From Eledone cirrhosa (lineage: Eukaryota): DNA of 64,000 nt. The notes below the pieces were generated by a model. That model was not told the origin of the DNA and did no database searches. It saw nothing but the letters and a program-made list of their open reading frames with translations. The stretch is taken from the NCBI GenBank assembly GCA_964016885.1, contig OZ024742.1, positions 365,490,001 to 365,554,000 of the forward strand. The letters are read 5' to 3'. How positions within the stretch are numbered: the stretch's first letter is position 1; each line of letters opens with the position of its first letter. The position numbers and the translations under genes were made by a program. This document shows, piece after piece, positions 58,523 through 64,000 of the stretch.

Positions 58523-58603
58523 GCTTCTACAGGACTAGAACTGTTTCATTCGGGCGAAATCATCAAGAAGCAGGGGATAAACTTATATATATATACACAC
58601 ATA

Positions 58604-59363
58604 CGCTAAGAACATGAAGGCCCACATCACCAGCAGCCCTAGGAGCAACACCCCAGCAGGGTGCTCTTGCCGTAATCCTGAAGCTTGCCCCCTTCAACAG
58701 CAATGCAACACACCAGCTGTAATCTATGAAGCTGTGGTCACTTCCAACCGACCAAATCAACCACAGGAGGTCAAATCCTATGTGAGCATGGCGGAGGGCC
58801 GATTCAAGGAGCGTTTCCTGAACCACCAGTCTACCTTCAGATACCTGGGCATACATTCATCCACGAAACTCGCGAGCCACGTATGGTCCCCCAAGGACTC
58901 AAGTATAGGCTACTCCATTCAATGGAAAGCCATCACTAAGTCCAAGCCATACGCAAGGGGAAATCCGACGTGTGGCTTATGTATTGACGAACGAATAACT
59001 ATCCTAAAGAAATTACGCAATAGTGATTGCCTAAACACGAGGAGTGAATTTTTCACACGTTGTCCACACGTCACCAAACATCTATTGCATAACTACAAGG
59101 CTCCGGACTGATTCTTCGTAATTTTATTTTTAGTTTTTTTATTTTATTTTCAACCTAAAAACTTTCCGGACTTTCGCAGTTATCTCCCTTACACCTCCCG
59201 CACGCAGTCTAGTATTGCCTGTGTGAAGTGACCGAGTTTCTGCGCATGCGCGTTCGTACGATTGTCCTTCCTGTTCCTATAACCATACACATCCCGAGCT
59301 GAAGATCCGCGAAGGTGAAACAATTGTTCTCAGTATGGTGAACTAACTGTTGTGTAACCACTT
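58604..59363 (+). mobile_element. PLE 3' fragment: GIY-YIG (58614-59111) plus terminal repeat with HHR 59296-59331
   Basis: CSCRNPEACPLQQQC, VIY..YVSMA, RFLNH, CGLCIDE; gag-CTGAAGA-TCCgcgaaGGT-GAAA-CAATTG-TT-ctc. Confidence 0.85.
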
Positions 59364-59413
59364 ATATATATATATATATACATACATATAAATATAATTA
59401 TATATATATATAA

Positions 59414-59462
<49 letters not shown>

Positions 59463-59657
59463 AACCAGAAGTATATGGTCTTTAAAGCGATGAAATACCA
59501 ATGAAGGCTGGAAGATCACCGATGAAGGACTAATTTTATTCATATGTAACCCATTTGCAACCACGCAGCACGTCAATTTTTCATATTTTATATATATATA
59601 TATATATATAAATGGAATAGAATGAATACATACATACTTAAATATATATACTTATAT

Positions 59658-61245
59658 ATAGTAATAATAATAAAATTGAAGACTAAAATCCAAAGAGGGC
59701 TCGATAAGGATAAATATATATCAAATATATAAGAACCGTAGAGCAAATATTTATTAAATAACAGATTAAAGTTTAAGCAAAGAATCGCTGCTTTCACCCT
59801 TAACGGGATCTTCTGAAACTAACAAAGTCAATCTGTAAAGGCAGAATGCCTCTCTAGTAACATTGTCTACAAATGTAAGGTTGTAACACCCACGTCCCGT
59901 AGGGCTTACATAGGGTTAACCGCCAATAGTTTCAAGCAGCGTCTTTACATGCATACCCATTCTTTTCGTTACCCTCTAAGAAGGAATATGACGTCACTTT
60001 CAGCTTATATCTGGAGTCTAAAAGACAACCACACCCAATATAAGTTACACTGGGAGATCCTAGCTAGGGCTAGATCGTATAACGGAAATAAAAGACCATG
60101 TGACCTCTGCGCAGCTGAGGCCCTGGAAATACTCTACGCCACAGACCACATCTTAAACAAAAAATCTGAGGCAATTTCGGCTTGTAAACATAAATTGCAC
60201 AAAACTTTCCTGTATTACAGCCCAACGTTATACCCTAACGGATAGTACGATCTATACGTGGATATTTTACGTCTTGATGTGGGAGCTAAGTATATGTTTT
60301 GTTTATTCCTTTACTTATTTGCATAGGTAAGTATATATTACCCGTATGTTTTGTGAAGGTATGTATACCTTCTCGTACGTATATTTGATTGTTATGGCGT
60401 ATAATTTTTATATATTCTGGTATTTAGGGTTTGGCTATGTGTATACGGGAGTTTTGCGTCTGCGTGAGTATGCAGGTTCGTACGTATGGTGGGTGTGTGT
60501 ATATGTGTACTTCTTGTTTTAGTTGACTTACGTCTCCGAACATTCGTGTATTATGTAGGTATGTGTGTGCGCTTGTTATATACGTATTTATTTACTTATA
60601 TACGTTTATATAATTATTTATTTATTTGTACACAAGCATACACACACACACATATTTATATGTGCGTTGTTTTGTATACCTATGGTAAGGTTTTGCGTAT
60701 GCATGTGTATGTACGTATTTGTTTGCGTGTACGTATTTATTTATTTCTATTACTTCTGTATTGTATTTATTTACTTTGTTCTTAACTCTGTAGCGGAGAT
60801 TCATTTGGTCTCCTAGTTAGAATTTTAGTCTACGACTTCTGCTATACCATTTACGTGGTTTTGTCTTTGCGTGCTATTGTTCTCCACGCTCCACATATGA
60901 CTTATTATCTTCGTTTTTTCGTTCATTGCCAGAGAACGTCTCTATGCACCACCTAAGAGAACATTAGTCTACGACCACTTTTATACCATAAACGTGGTTT
61001 TGTCTTTGCGCGTAATTGTTTTTCACCGCTCCTATTAATGACGTATTATTCGTTTTTTCCCGTTCTTTGCCAGCGAACGTCACCACGAACCAAAGTATCG
61101 TCTTCCTGTCTTCCTCCGATTGCAACGTTTTTTGAAATATCCAGTTCTGCGTGTACAGATTGACTTTGTTAGTTTCAGAATATCCCGTTAAGGGTGAAAG
61201 CAGCGATTCTTTGCTTAAACTTTAATCTGTTATTTAATAAATATA
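59658..61245 (+). mobile_element. PLE 3' fragment (GIY-YIG ~59840-60245 plus ~1-kb terminal region) with an inverted HHR tail at its 5' junction
   Basis: CLSSNIVYKC..AYIGLT..FKQRLYMH..CDLCAAE. 59745-59835 is the reverse complement of 61156-61243. Confidence 0.85.
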
Positions 61246-61997
61246 CTTATATATATATATATATATTATATATTATATATATTCGTAAGAAATCACCATG
61301 ATTTCTCACAAACGAAACAGTTCTAGTCCTGTAGAAGCTCTTCTATATTAAAACTGTTATACTCTGGTATGTATTGAGTACCTTACTTGCTGTGGGTGCC
61401 TCCGATTCAACCCGGAATAACTTATATATATATATATGTGTATGTATGTGTGTGCGTATGTGTGTACATATGAATGTATACACACACGCGCAGACAAAGA
61501 AACACACTTATATATGCATATATGCGTGTGTATATCTATCTATATATATATATATATGTATATATATGTGTGTGTGAGTGTGTGTGTATGAATATGCATG
61601 TAAGCATGTCAATATATATGAGTATGTGTGTGCTAGAGTAAGGAGTTATACAGTTCGAATACACATCAGTAAATCTTACAGTGTAACATGTGAATATTTA
61701 ACAAATAAATACGACTAAATTGGTTTTGTTAGACATAAATGTTTCAAGATGGCAACCGTGGACTAACACCATGTTATCGATTATTTACTAATACAAACCT
61801 CCCCTCTCCCTCTCTCTTTATCTATCTCTCTAGTATCATATACACCTTCTTCACCCATGCACTCATTAAAGATGTGATACCATTTATTTAACACACATAT
61901 GGCAGCAAAGCTTAGTTTGGTGGTGATATTTAGCCTCATTGTGACAGAGCATCGTTATAGGCTAGGTTCAGCTGTTTCTAAACACGATAGTGTAAAC

Positions 61998-62670
61998 CAA
62001 AGGTTCTCAACGGGGGGCATATGCACCCCCGAGGGGCGTTTCGGAACTCCATGGGGCGTTTGGGAGCAAGGTCGCGTAGGGGGCGTTTAGAGCTGGGGGA
62101 GGAGTGTTAGGGGGCGCTAGAAGGCTCTTTATTTTGGTAAGTTTTATAAGCCATATTTGTATGTCTTTAAGACAGCCAGTGTGAATGCATTTGAATGAGC
62201 TTGCAGACAGCATAACTATAGTCTGACCGCAGGTGTGCAGGCATGTCCGGTAATTGAGACGTTAACCGGTAATTGAGATCCTAAAAATGGAAAAACCCAC
62301 AGTCAACTGGGTCAAAGACACTTTGAGCGCAGCCAGTTAGAATCTTATTTTTCCTTCACCGATAACAATGTATTTCATATCTGAAATTATTGACTCAACC
62401 GCAACGAGTTAACACTATGTAGATCTATTTTATTCCCTATTGTATAAATAATATTACAAATAAAAAAAAAGAAAAAAAAAATAGGACCCACATACAACAC
62501 ATAATCAGATAATACACACATCTTTGGAATATTGTTAATCAATTTTTTAGTAATCTACGGATATAAAAATCAGTAGTGTATTGAAAAATGGAAAAATAGG
62601 GGGGGGGGGGCGTTTCGTGATTTCGTGGGACAAAAGGGGGCGTTTGGCCTAAATGGGTTGAGAACCTGTG
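61998..62670. mobile_element. hAT (Charlie-type) MITE, 673 bp
   Basis: TIRs caaaggttctcaac / gttgagaacctgtg; perfect 8-bp TSD GTGTAAAC at 61990-61997 and 62671-62678. Confidence 0.92.
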
Positions 62671-63100
62671 GTGTAAACCATTGTTCACTAAACCATAATT
62701 TTGTCGTTGTTGATCCATAACTACTTATTAGTCATCAGCCTCTGTATATTGAGCTTATTACAGTACAGCTCTATGGTAATACACATATATCATACATATA
62801 TCATACATAAGGCTAAATAGTAACTAACACAGAGTGGTATGGGCACCGGTATGTCATGGACCTGTATATAGCTGTATACAGATCAAACCATAACCAATAT
62901 CTTACAGAGAAGGGCAGAAAGAACGCTAGATTAGAGATATAGAGAAATTGGAGAAGAATAGACACCAGTACTGGACAGTTACTCTATTTATTGACCTCGA
63001 AAGGATGAAATGTAAAGTTTCTTTGAAAGAGCACGGTGACCTGGAGCAAATACAGAGGTATTTCTAATTCGACACCCTATCGACTCCCCGATCTCTCTCC

Positions 63101-63219
<119 letters not shown>

Positions 63220-63263
63220 GATAAATCTACCAAAATATACGGTAGTGTCCAATCCGTATAATT

Positions 63264-63295
<32 letters not shown>

Positions 63296-63370
63296 CCCAC
63301 TCTACTACTCTAAGTATTGAGTACTCTGGTGCGTTATGGTCCATCTGGTTCCTTACCACATTTCCTTTGT

Positions 63371-63404
<34 letters not shown>

Positions 63405-64000
63405 AAAATGAGTTTTTTTTTAATGAAAATAAACGAGATGTCCTACACGAGTGAAACTATAAGGAAAAAAGATGAAATCGAAAATGCATCTGGAGTCTTT
63501 TCAAGAATATTTATTTGTTTCCTTTACCGGTTTCATAGTTCTCATGCTTTTCAAAAGTAGAGTTGAGAAGGAGGGTTTGTTAGGCTCTTAACTCCCCATG
63601 AAGTGGTAGGGGCACTCTTGGTGTATACTGGTACATGTTGTGTTTAGGTCATTTTCAATACAGTGAAGTCCATCCCGGGCTAATCCGATTTCTTTCAGAG
63701 AGACGTGCATTATATTAGTACAGCAAATCTACATGTTTCTTTATTAATGGTGGGTACGTACATATATTTGTAAACGTATCTACAAACATACTGGCCCTCG
63801 GTTTTCTTTAGTCCTCTCTCGATGAAGAGTGTCCCAGTTGTTTGAGCAATGGACTGTCCAGTTTGTGAAGTTAAAATGCAACGGGTTTTGCATTCACAGA
63901 CACTTGTATCCTGAATGTAATTTTCGAGTTGATTCAGTGTGGCAGTGTGTGTGACAACGTTGGGTCTTTCAGTTACAGATACGACTAATATTTACTGTCT

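Noticed and set aside
63690-63991. ~100-codon open frame on the minus strand at the window edge
   Set aside because: No early start, no recognisable motif and no splice evidence.

Overview
This is AT-rich, microsatellite-laden animal genomic DNA; the SINE and repeat content suggest a cephalopod/octopus, which is an inference. I found no recognisable host gene, and almost all ORF-track entries are (TA)n/(CA)n or minisatellite artefacts. The window is a retroelement cluster. It holds a near full-length L1/Tx1-clade LINE (3.6-9.5 kb, +) tail-to-tail with an R4/Dong-type RLE LINE (9.6-13.2 kb, -) in one (TAA)n tract. It also holds three large Penelope-like element (PLE) loci (16.2-22.2, 31.1-35.7 and 35.8-42.9 kb, the last a 7-kb fold-back), many PLE 3' fragments, a Helitron, a hAT MITE, SINEs, RTE remnants and two minisatellites. 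Reading both strands shows about 30 type-I hammerhead ribozyme (HHR) motifs. They include a recurrent compensatory U3-A8 catalytic core in several unrelated families, a repeated U4A variant, back-to-back sense/antisense HHR palindromes, and a 422-nt HHR-to-HHR retrozyme-like monomer. Two diverged PLEs share a U UUU UUA heptamer placed for a -1 programmed frameshift that would fuse a coiled-coil ORF1 to RT-GIY-YIG. All RNA structures were folded by eye and none is tested.
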